NCBI GenBank assembly: GCA_040756875.1
Contig: JBFLYH010000001.1
Coordinates: 256,001-320,000 of the forward strand
Origin: a candidate division FCPU426 bacterium
GTDB lineage: Bacteria; Oederibacteriota; JAAXVQ01; JAUVAV01
Direction: 5' to 3'
Length of the DNA stretch: 64,000 nt
How positions within the stretch are numbered: position 1 is the stretch's first letter; each line of letters starts with the position of its first letter. Positions 9,599 through 18,215 of the stretch are shown here, piece by piece. The position numbers were made by a program, and so were the translations under genes. Under the pieces are notes generated by a model. That model had not been told where the DNA came from and ran no database searches. It saw only the letters and a list, made by a program, of their open reading frames with translations.

Positions 9599-10156
9599 TT
9601 ACTCCCATGTGAATTCCCACAAACAATATTCGTCTTTGCGGGCCATGCATTTGGGGTGCTTTCCCCTGGGATTCTTGCCGTTGGACATGCGCACCAGTTC
9701 TTCCATGAACGGCGTATGGGAGAACTCGTGATTTAAAGGGATGTCGGGATATTCGGACAACTGAAGGATGCTGAGGTGGTCTTTTTCCTCGATGACTTCC
9801 ATTTTTCCGACGTCGAAATACTGGCGCCAGACTTGGGCCGCCCGTTTAATGACGAAGTGCGGCGAGGTCAGGGAGATAAAAAACTTATAAATGCCGCTGA
9901 AATGCTTGCGGGCCGTGTACCGGGCCGATGCGTCGATCAGGGAATAATCGCCTTTGCCCAGCACTTTGTCGGCGGCGAACATATAGCGAAGATAAGCGCC
10001 GTAATCCAGCCACATGACCGGTACGATTTTTTGGCGCCACAGGGCCTGGTCTTCCGGCGCGAGAGAATCCAATACGCTGCGTACGCCATCCGAACCGTAA
10101 GTCTTTGCAATAAACTCCTGCACGTCCAGCCAACGGGTTGCTTTCACATTGCCCAT
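9599..10156 (-). CDS. DUF2378-like / V4R-like soluble protein
   Basis: GIYKFF..SP..KRA..W..YF..G core and C-terminal CMARKDEYCLWEFTW; GGAGG RBS; paralogue at 42103. Confidence 0.65.
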   Translation of the reverse strand: MGNVKATRWLDVQEFIAKTYGSDGVRSVLDSLAPEDQALWRQKIVPVMWLDYGAYLRYMFAADKVLGKGDYSLIDASARYTARKHFSGIYKFFISLTSPHFVIKRAAQVWRQYFDVGKMEVIEEKDHLSILQLSEYPDIPLNHEFSHTPFMEELVRMSNGKNPRGKHPKCMARKDEYCLWEFTWE

Positions 10157-10350
10157 GGTCAGCCTCCATGCGAATGATCATCTATTTTAAACGATATTTA
10201 TCTTTGCGTATGCTTTAAAAATGCGGATAATAGGCCGGTGTTCGTGAAAATGACGGAGGGGTCCGCCCGTTTCTCGGCTTGGCCTTGCCTATCCATTCCA
10301 CAAAAGCGACCCGTCTTCGCGGTATCTATCACTCTTGGGAGGGAAAAGGA

Positions 10351-12990
10351 ATGAGTCTGACGAAAAAAAACGGGATGGCACGTCTGGTCTTGCTCGCAAC
10401 CGCGGTTTTGGCGGCTGCGACGGCCCGGGCGGCCACGATCACGGTCACCAGCCTCGAAAACAGCGGAGCCGGCACCCTGCGCCAGGCGATCCTGGACGCG
10501 AATAGCGGGGACATCATTACCTTCGATACCACGGCCATGGGCGGGAATTCCATCACCGTGTATTCGGGGATCAATCTCGGCAAGCAGCTCACCCTGGACG
10601 GCGAGGACAAACAGGTGGTGATCGGCGCATCCGGGGGGTTCATCATCTTTTACTCGGATGCGACGGGTTCGGGCAGCATTATCCGCAATTTGTCCCTGGT
10701 GAATTGCGGCCAGGCCATTTATCTCTATCAGGCGGACAACGTCCAAATTTTAAATTGCCGGCTGGGGGTGGATTGGTCGGACACGGACCTGGGCAATTCC
10801 TGGGGCATCATGGCTCATGAATGCGACGGCGTAATCATCGGCGCGCCGGGCCAGGGAAACGTGATTTCCGGCAACAGCGAATACGGGATCGTCCTGAGGA
10901 ATAGCTCCCGCGCCGTCATCCAGGGCAACCGCATCGGCACCAATGCCGCGGGCACGCTGGCCATGCCCAACCAGATCGGCATCCGCGTGCTGGACGGCAG
11001 TTTCAGCACCCTGATCGGCGGCGACCGCACGGCCGGCGAAGGCAACGTGATATCCGGCAATTCCATGCACGGCGTTGAAATCAGCAACAGCGACGGCTAC
11101 GGCGGCACGGGCGAGCCCGCAACCGGCAATACGCTGGCCGGCAACACCATCGGCCTCAGCTTGAACCAGGGCGCGCGAATCCAAAACAACACCCACGGCG
11201 TCCTGCTTTCCTACGCGCCCTATAATCAGATCGGCCTGCCGGAAGCGGGCAAGGGCAATGTCATCGCCGGCAACGGCAATTATAACCTCATCGTCCAATA
11301 TTCGAGTTTCACCCGGGTCCAAAACAACCGCGTCGGGATTAATGAGTATGATTCGGTCAGCTTTACCAACAACTACGGCATGGCCATCAGCGAGTCCAGC
11401 GGCTGCCTGATCGGCGGAGACCGTCAGGTGTCGGCTTACGAGCGCAATATTATTTCCGGACACAATATCAGCGGCCGGTTCGGCATCAATTGCGGGGCCG
11501 CCAACGCCATGGGCAACACCATTTCCGGCAACATTATCGGCCTGGATTCCACCGGAACCGTGGCCAGACCGAATTCGATCGGCATTTATTTAAGCGGCCG
11601 TCAAAGCTGCGTAGGCGGCGCCAATACCGGCGGCGCGTATGGCAACCTGATCAGCGGCAACGCTGAGGTCGGTTTGGACATCCGCGGCCGGGAGAACGTG
11701 GTGCTGGGCAATTGGATCGGGCTAAACGCCGCCGGAGACGCGGCCCTGGCCAATGGCATCGGCCTCTCGCTGACCGGGACGGCCTCGGTATACAACGAAA
11801 TCGGCGATGGCACAGCCGCGGGGCGGAACGTGATTTCTGGCAACGCCCAGGAGGGGATCAAATGCTCGGCCGGATTCGGGCACCGCATCCTCAATAATTA
11901 TATCGGAACGAGCGCCGACGGATTGCAGCAAGTCAGCAACCAGAGATATCCCGTGCGGTTATATGGGGCCGCTGGCTGCCTGATTGGGCAGGAGAGCGCC
12001 GGCAACCTGATTTGTGGCCGGTCAGGCTGGCAGGGCGTCAACATGACTTCGCCCGAATGCGCAGGCAACACCCTTGTGGCCAATTCCTTCAATCTGCTAG
12101 CCGACGGGTCCCTGGCGCCGGAAGCCATTACGGCTTCTGTCATCATGGAAATTGGCCCGCACGACAACTCTGTGGGTTTGAGAAGCTCGGGAGTGGGCAA
12201 CCTGCTGGTGGGCGCGGACAATGCCATTGCCCTTTATTCCGGCACCACGGTGAACAACGGCTTTTTCGGCAACACCATCTGCGGTTTCACCAATACCATC
12301 ACTGCGCTTGGCATCAGCCTCAATAGCGGAGCCAATAACGGAAAGGCCGCGCCGGTCATTGCCGCGGCGTTGGCGTCGCTCATCTCTGGAACCAGCGGCG
12401 CGAATGATTATATTCAGATCTTCCGATCCAACCGTGCGGAAGGCTATGCCGGCGGCAGTCTGGCCTTGCTGGGGACCACAGCCGCCGATGTGTCAGGCGA
12501 CTGGTCCTGGACTCCTTCGGGTCTTGTTTATGGCGATGTGGTGACAGCCCTGGCTACGGACCCGGCCAAAAACACTTCCCAGTTTTCGAATAATGTGTCC
12601 GTGGAGGGACTGGCCACACCTACGCCCACGCCTACGCCGGTGATCAGCCCGACTCCCACAGCGACGAACACTGCCACGCCCGCGGCCACCGGCACTCCGT
12701 CCAATCCCCTGGCCAACGCGGACCTGGCTGGCAAGGCCGTGGTGGCTTTCCCCAATCCGGCCAAGGACCGGATGACCTTTGTCTTCCATCTCGAGGCTGC
12801 GGCCAAGGTGGAAATCCGGCTGTACAACCTGGCGGGCGAGCAGGTGGCGGCCTTGTCTGGCGACTTCGCGGCCGGCAGGGGACAGAGCTTGGCGTGGAAC
12901 CTGTCCGGCATCGCTCCGGGCGTGTATGTGGCGCGGATGCTGGTGAATGGAAATGAAAAAGCCAAAGCCAAGGTGGCGGTGGTGAAATGA
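10351..12990 (+). CDS. Secreted beta-helix repeat protein with Thr/Pro linker and T9SS-CTD-like C-terminal domain
   Basis: Signal peptide ARA; SGAGTLRQAI; many GNVISGN/GNxIG repeats; TPTPTP linker; FPNP..LYNLAGE..PGVY..KVAVVK. Confidence 0.85.
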   Translation: MSLTKKNGMARLVLLATAVLAAATARAATITVTSLENSGAGTLRQAILDANSGDIITFDTTAMGGNSITVYSGINLGKQLTLDGEDKQVVIGASGGFIIFYSDATGSGSIIRNLSLVNCGQAIYLYQADNVQILNCRLGVDWSDTDLGNSWGIMAHECDGVIIGAPGQGNVISGNSEYGIVLRNSSRAVIQGNRIGTNAAGTLAMPNQIGIRVLDGSFSTLIGGDRTAGEGNVISGNSMHGVEISNSDGYGGTGEPATGNTLAGNTIGLSLNQGARIQNNTHGVLLSYAPYNQIGLPEAGKGNVIAGNGNYNLIVQYSSFTRVQNNRVGINEYDSVSFTNNYGMAISESSGCLIGGDRQVSAYERNIISGHNISGRFGINCGAANAMGNTISGNIIGLDSTGTVARPNSIGIYLSGRQSCVGGANTGGAYGNLISGNAEVGLDIRGRENVVLGNWIGLNAAGDAALANGIGLSLTGTASVYNEIGDGTAAGRNVISGNAQEGIKCSAGFGHRILNNYIGTSADGLQQVSNQRYPVRLYGAAGCLIGQESAGNLICGRSGWQGVNMTSPECAGNTLVANSFNLLADGSLAPEAITASVIMEIGPHDNSVGLRSSGVGNLLVGADNAIALYSGTTVNNGFFGNTICGFTNTITALGISLNSGANNGKAAPVIAAALASLISGTSGANDYIQIFRSNRAEGYAGGSLALLGTTAADVSGDWSWTPSGLVYGDVVTALATDPAKNTSQFSNNVSVEGLATPTPTPTPVISPTPTATNTATPAATGTPSNPLANADLAGKAVVAFPNPAKDRMTFVFHLEAAAKVEIRLYNLAGEQVAALSGDFAAGRGQSLAWNLSGIAPGVYVARMLVNGNEKAKAKVAVVK

Positions 12991-14860
12991 AATAGGGGTT
13001 TAATAGTGGCCCTTTAACGCGCAAACGGGATTTCCCGGGGGTGGAAAACATGAAAAAAAGATGGAGTGCGATGCTTGCCAGCGCGGTAATTATTAACTGG
13101 GCCTCTTCAGTCCTGGTTTATGCGGCCAATTTCACAGTCACCAACAATAGTGACAGTGGAACCGGGTCTTTGCGATGGTGCATCCAACAAGCCGATGGGA
13201 ATGGCGAGGCGGACAGCATTTATTTCAACAACGTGGGAACCATCGTGCTGCTCTCCCAGATCCAAATCACCGAGGACAACCTCCTGGTCGGCGATTCCGA
13301 TGATTCCGATGGGATCGTAATTGACGGCGGCACGTTAACCACGGCCATGATTCAAGTCTCGGCCTCCTATGTGCGGTTCCGTAATCTTGCCTTCATCCAC
13401 TCGGGGGCGCTTGGCGGAGGCAGTACGGGCATCGCGCTCAGCGGCACCATGTCGGGCATCAGTTACTGCCGCGTGGGCACGGATTGGAACAACACGACCG
13501 GGGTTGGGTTTTATACGAACCTTTGGGTGGAAGGCGGCACCGATGTCTATATTGGCGGCAGCATCTCCGGCTCTGGAAACGTCATCGCGGACGCCCTGAC
13601 CGGAATTTACGTGAGCAACTCGATCGGGACCAAAATCCAGGGAAATTACATTGGCACCAACCAGAGCGGACTTGTCGAAAATCCCAACGGCAATGCCATT
13701 GTCCTGGACACCGGAGCCGTGCAGACTGCGATCGGTGGCACCACGGGCTACCGCCGCAACCTCATTTGCGGAACCAATTACGGCATCGATATCCGGAACG
13801 GCGCCTCGGGCAACACGGTTGTGGCCGTTTGGATGAACCTGTTGGCCAACCGGACGCCCTCGTCCAACCAGTTCAGCCGTGACATATACCTCCGTTCGGG
13901 CGCGCGCGGCAATTTCATCGGACCCCAGGGTGGAGGCGCACTAGGCAATCTGATTTACAGCGCCTATCTGCGTCTGGAAGACGACACCACAGATAACAAC
14001 AGCATTTTTGGCAACACGCTGGTGGCCGTGGGCGTCTCGCCCATCGACCTTGTCAATGCCGGAACCAACAACGGCAAAGCCGCGCCGGTCATTACTTCCG
14101 CCCTGATCGGCAGTATTCAGGGCACGGCCGGGGCCTCGGATTACATCGAGGTGTTCGAGGCCAACCTTGCCGCCGGACAACAGGGCGGTGCCCTACGGTT
14201 TTTGGGGGCAGCCACGGCGGGTGGCGGCGGCAACTGGAGCATTGTACCGGTTGGCCTGTCAGGCAATGAGGTTGTTACCGCCCTGGCCACCGACGTCCTG
14301 AACAACACCTCGGAATTCGCGACTAACGTGCTGGTTCCACCGCCCACGCCCACCTCGACGAACACGCCCACGTTCACGGTTACACCTACCGTAACCCGGA
14401 CGCCCACGGCTACACCGTCTGCCACGGTTACCTATACTCCGACCATCACCGTCACATCCACCATTACGGTCACATCCACCATCTCGGCCACTTCCACCAT
14501 TACACCGACGCTTACTGTAAGTCCAACCTCTACTATCAGTCCTACCTGCACGATCACTCCCTCCTTGACTGCCACGCTGAATAATCCCCTGGTCAACGCA
14601 GACCTGGGCGGCAAGGCCGTGGTGGCTTTCCCCAATCCGGCCAAGGACCGCGTGACCTTCGTCTTCCACCTGGACGCAGCAGCCAAGGTGGAGATCCGGC
14701 TGTACAACCTGGCCGGCGAGCAGGTTGCGGCCTTGTCCGACAGCTTCGCAGCCGGCAGGGGACAGAGCCTGGTTTGGAATCTCGCCGACGCCGCGCCGGG
14801 CGTGTATGTGGCGCGGATGCTGGTGAATGGCAAGGAACAGGGCAAGGTGAAGGTGGCGGT
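12703..14860 (+). repeat. Dispersed direct repeat of about 280 bp (12703-12980 and 14583-14860) encoding the C-terminal domains
   Basis: Ungapped alignment at offset 1880, e.g. GCAAGGCCGTGGTGGCTTTCCCCAATCCGGCCAAGGACCG identical in both. Confidence 0.9.
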
Positions 14861-14873
14861 TATTGGTAAATAA
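13050..14873 (+). CDS. Paralogous secreted beta-helix protein with long Thr/Pro linker and T9SS-CTD-like domain
   Basis: MKKRW signal; SGTGSLRWCI; GNYIGT repeats; about 80 aa Thr-rich linker; C-terminal domain nearly identical to upstream gene. Confidence 0.85.
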   Translation: MKKRWSAMLASAVIINWASSVLVYAANFTVTNNSDSGTGSLRWCIQQADGNGEADSIYFNNVGTIVLLSQIQITEDNLLVGDSDDSDGIVIDGGTLTTAMIQVSASYVRFRNLAFIHSGALGGGSTGIALSGTMSGISYCRVGTDWNNTTGVGFYTNLWVEGGTDVYIGGSISGSGNVIADALTGIYVSNSIGTKIQGNYIGTNQSGLVENPNGNAIVLDTGAVQTAIGGTTGYRRNLICGTNYGIDIRNGASGNTVVAVWMNLLANRTPSSNQFSRDIYLRSGARGNFIGPQGGGALGNLIYSAYLRLEDDTTDNNSIFGNTLVAVGVSPIDLVNAGTNNGKAAPVITSALIGSIQGTAGASDYIEVFEANLAAGQQGGALRFLGAATAGGGGNWSIVPVGLSGNEVVTALATDVLNNTSEFATNVLVPPPTPTSTNTPTFTVTPTVTRTPTATPSATVTYTPTITVTSTITVTSTISATSTITPTLTVSPTSTISPTCTITPSLTATLNNPLVNADLGGKAVVAFPNPAKDRVTFVFHLDAAAKVEIRLYNLAGEQVAALSDSFAAGRGQSLVWNLADAAPGVYVARMLVNGKEQGKVKVAVIGK

Positions 14874-14925
14874 ACGCCGGGCAATTCAACTGCTTTTGCC
14901 TGATATAAAACCGCGTGTTTGACTC

Positions 14926-17733
14926 CTATTTAACCAGGGCGAACTTTGCCCGCTTCACGCTTTTCCCGTCGGCTTTTAAATCAGCTAGATAAATACCCGG
15001 CGCGATATCCTGGCAATTCCAGGTGATTGTACGGGAGGAGGACGCGTCCGCGGTTTCGCGGATCACGGCAATCCGCTCGCCGTATAGATTATAGATGCCT
15101 ATTTCCCAACTCTGTGCTGGCGGTAACACGAATTGGATATGTCCGCGCGCGGGATTGGGAAATACTTTCCCCGTCCAGGCGGCTAGCAGGCCGTCCGCCG
15201 CAGAGGTGGCAGTGACGGTCGCCGTGGGGGACATCGAAGGCGTGGGGGTGAATGACCGGGTAAAAACAGGAGTGGGGGTTCCAGTGGGAAGCAGCGTGGC
15301 GGTGGCCGTGGGGGTTGCAGTGGAAGTGGCCGTGGGCGGCAGGGTTCCGCTGGGGGTGGCCGTGGCTGAAACCGTGCAGGTGGGCGACGAAGTGGAGGTG
15401 GGAGTGCAACTCGGGGTCGCGGTCGCGCTGGACGAAGGCGTCGGCGTGGCGGTATTGGTCGCGGTCGCGCTGGGCGTGGGTGAAGGCGGCGGGCTGACCA
15501 AAACATTCAGGCTGAAAGCCGACGTACTACCTGCGGCATTGGTCGCCAGGGCGCACACGTACTGACCGTATTGCAATCCCGTGCAGACCGCGCTCCAGTT
15601 GCCGCTTCCGTCGGCATTGCCCTCGCCAACCAGGCGCAGGCTGCCGCCCGCAAGACCGGCGCCCCGGTCTGATACGAAGACCTGGATCTGATCATTGGCG
15701 TCGGCATTACCCTGCACCAAGCTTAAATCGGCGCTTTGTATTGCCGGCGCAGCCTTGCCTTCGTTAGCGCTGCCGAGCAGTTGAATGCCCTGGCCCGAAA
15801 AGGCGCAGATGGTATTGGACCAAAAGCCGTTGCGGAGGCAGGTGCCGTTGCCGAGTGTGATGCCGTTGACGGCTCCGGCCAGCAAATTGCCCAAGCCGCC
15901 GGCCTGGCCGATCAGGTTGTCTCGGGCGGTGTTGGTAAGGAAAACCGCGTGGGTGAAAGTGGGCGACGTGGGTTCGCCGGTGGCCAGCACGCCGATGAAG
16001 TTGGCCGCGCAGGTGTTGTTGCCGCTGTTGCTCACATATATACCGGACAACTCGCCGCCGGTTCCGCCGCAGATGACATTGGCCGCGGGCGTGGTGCCGC
16101 CGATGGTCGTGAAGGAGGCGCCGCTGAGGTACACCGCGCTCAGTTGGTTAGTGACCAGGCCGGTGCCGTTGACGTTCGTTCCCAGGTAATTGCCCGTGAT
16201 CTGGTTGCCTGTCCCGCCGGTCAGGACGATGCCGTACTGGGTGTTGCCGGCGATGACGTTGCGGATGGACACATCCGAACCGCCGACGACGGTCCTGCTG
16301 CAATCATTGCCGTACAATCCGGAATAACCGTTGGGAAGCGCGGAAACGCCGCCGGCGTTGAGGCCGATCCAGTTGCCCTGAAACAGGTTGTCGATTAAGG
16401 GGCTGGCGAAAAAGGATTTGTTCATTACGACACCGTAGCCATTGTTGCCGGAGATCAAATTGCCCAGCCACTGCCCACCCAGGTTGGGGCCGCCCACCAG
16501 GTTGTTGTGGCCTCCGGCCAGATGGATCCCGTGCCCGTTGGGCGCCGCGCCGCTCCCGTCCGTCACAGTGCCGATGTAATTGCCTGCAAAGGTGTTGCCG
16601 TAGCCGTCTTCCATGCTGATGCCGTTGCCTGCGTTTCCGGAGATGATGTTTCCCTCGCCGGCCAGGCGGTTTCCACCGATCAGGTTGTTGCAGGCGTGAT
16701 ACATGCTGATGCCGGAAGCCTGGTTAGGCCTGGGCGTATCGTCCGGCAGGATCCCCACATAATTGTGCTGCACCACGTTCCAGCGCGGGGTAGGTTCGGT
16801 TTGATAGTTGCCGTTGAGGACGATGCCGTTGCTGCTGTTGCCGGCCACGATGTTCTCATAGCCCGTGGGAGTCAGCCCGACGTAATTGCCCTTGGCGCCG
16901 TAAATTTCAATGCCCGTCGAATTGGCGGCCGTGGCGGCCAGGGAAGGGAGCATGCCCACAATATTACCGCAGAGCGTGTTGCCCATGGCGTTTTTGTCCA
17001 TGTACAAGCCGCGGCCGCTGTTGCCGCCGATGACGTTGGCTTCGCCGGCCAGGCGGTCGCCGCCGAACCGGGTGGCGCACGTCCCGTAATCGACGTCGAT
17101 GCCGATGGTGTTGCTCAAGACGGAGTCCCCGGTGGATTGGATGCCGAAGTAATTGCCCCGCACCGTGCAATAGGCGGCAAAGAGCGTCTGCAGGCCGATG
17201 GGATTGCCGCAAAACACGTTGCGTTCGGCCGGCGTGCTGCCGCCCACGTCGTTAAAATATCCCCCCAGCGTCATTGCGTAATAATTGCCCAGGCCGCTGT
17301 TGTCCTGCCAGTCCGTGCCGAAGCGGCAGCCGTAAATGCGGTTGCACGAGCTGGAAACCTGCAAACCCATGGCTTCATACGCCGAGGCGAGGACAAACGC
17401 CAGGCCAGTCACGGTGCTGCCCTGGCTGGCGCCCACCAAACGGAGAATGCTGCCGCTTGAATTTCCGGACAACACCACTTGGCCGCCGCCGTCCAGCAGC
17501 AAACCGTCGGTCACCGAAATGACACCGCTGGTCACGGTGATGCACATGGGTCCCGAAAAAACCACGACATCGGGCCCGGCGTTCCCGTTGGCCAAGGTGA
17601 TTTGCTCCCGCAGGGATCCGGCGCCGCTGTCCGCGTCCGAGGTGACCGTGTGGGTAAGCGCCTGGGCAGTCCCGGCCAAAGCCAGACAGGGCAGCAGCAA
17701 CCGTGCCGCGTTTAATGCGAGTCTCTTTTTCAT
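14926..17733 (-). CDS. Third paralogous secreted beta-helix protein with Thr/Pro linker and CTD-like domain
   Basis: GGAGG RBS, signal AQA; SGAGSLREQI; GNIISGN/GNYIGT repeats; about 100 aa T/P/S linker; FPNP..IYNLYGE..PGIY..KFALVK. Confidence 0.85.
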   Translation of the reverse strand: MKKRLALNAARLLLPCLALAGTAQALTHTVTSDADSGAGSLREQITLANGNAGPDVVVFSGPMCITVTSGVISVTDGLLLDGGGQVVLSGNSSGSILRLVGASQGSTVTGLAFVLASAYEAMGLQVSSSCNRIYGCRFGTDWQDNSGLGNYYAMTLGGYFNDVGGSTPAERNVFCGNPIGLQTLFAAYCTVRGNYFGIQSTGDSVLSNTIGIDVDYGTCATRFGGDRLAGEANVIGGNSGRGLYMDKNAMGNTLCGNIVGMLPSLAATAANSTGIEIYGAKGNYVGLTPTGYENIVAGNSSNGIVLNGNYQTEPTPRWNVVQHNYVGILPDDTPRPNQASGISMYHACNNLIGGNRLAGEGNIISGNAGNGISMEDGYGNTFAGNYIGTVTDGSGAAPNGHGIHLAGGHNNLVGGPNLGGQWLGNLISGNNGYGVVMNKSFFASPLIDNLFQGNWIGLNAGGVSALPNGYSGLYGNDCSRTVVGGSDVSIRNVIAGNTQYGIVLTGGTGNQITGNYLGTNVNGTGLVTNQLSAVYLSGASFTTIGGTTPAANVICGGTGGELSGIYVSNSGNNTCAANFIGVLATGEPTSPTFTHAVFLTNTARDNLIGQAGGLGNLLAGAVNGITLGNGTCLRNGFWSNTICAFSGQGIQLLGSANEGKAAPAIQSADLSLVQGNADANDQIQVFVSDRGAGLAGGSLRLVGEGNADGSGNWSAVCTGLQYGQYVCALATNAAGSTSAFSLNVLVSPPPSPTPSATATNTATPTPSSSATATPSCTPTSTSSPTCTVSATATPSGTLPPTATSTATPTATATLLPTGTPTPVFTRSFTPTPSMSPTATVTATSAADGLLAAWTGKVFPNPARGHIQFVLPPAQSWEIGIYNLYGERIAVIRETADASSSRTITWNCQDIAPGIYLADLKADGKSVKRAKFALVK

Positions 17734-18215
17734 GTCACCCTCCAAATGCCAGACCTTTGCCTGGTTTTTATCGAAATAAAAATCCCCCCTGTTTCAACAC
17801 GGCCTCTAAGAACGGGGGAAACCCTTGAAAATCGGGGTGGTCGCGTCCTGACTTCCGTTTTTTAGACCGCTGTCCAGAACGAGAATGACGTCCGAAAGGC
17901 GATTTCCCATTTTAAATAGTTACGGTTGCAGACGTTATCTAGTAAAATGGAATCCGGGCCGTTTGTAATGCTTCGTCTCTTCCGCGGATTTTCGGCTGCA
18001 CGGGCGCCAGGAGAAATCCGATCAGTGCGTGTCGAGGTCGGCGGAGGAATTGCGGGCTGTCTGTCATTTAAACCCCTCCGCCCCTTTGGGATCTTCGGAC
18101 CGGAGAATGATTTTGCAGGGGTGCTTTACGGAGTGAACCCCGGCCACAGGTCTCCTCTCGGGAACTTCAGCCCGGGGAGGCCTTCGATGGCTGTGGGAGC
18201 CCTGCGGTTGAGGTA

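Noticed and set aside
14330-14580. Thr/Pro codon repeats (also 15190-15490) as possible CRISPR or tandem array
   Set aside because: Degenerate in-frame low-complexity linker; no constant repeat with unique spacers and no cas genes
12703-14860. Duplicated 280-bp segment as DGR template/variable repeat
   Set aside because: Both copies are coding, differences are not adenine-specific and no reverse transcriptase is present
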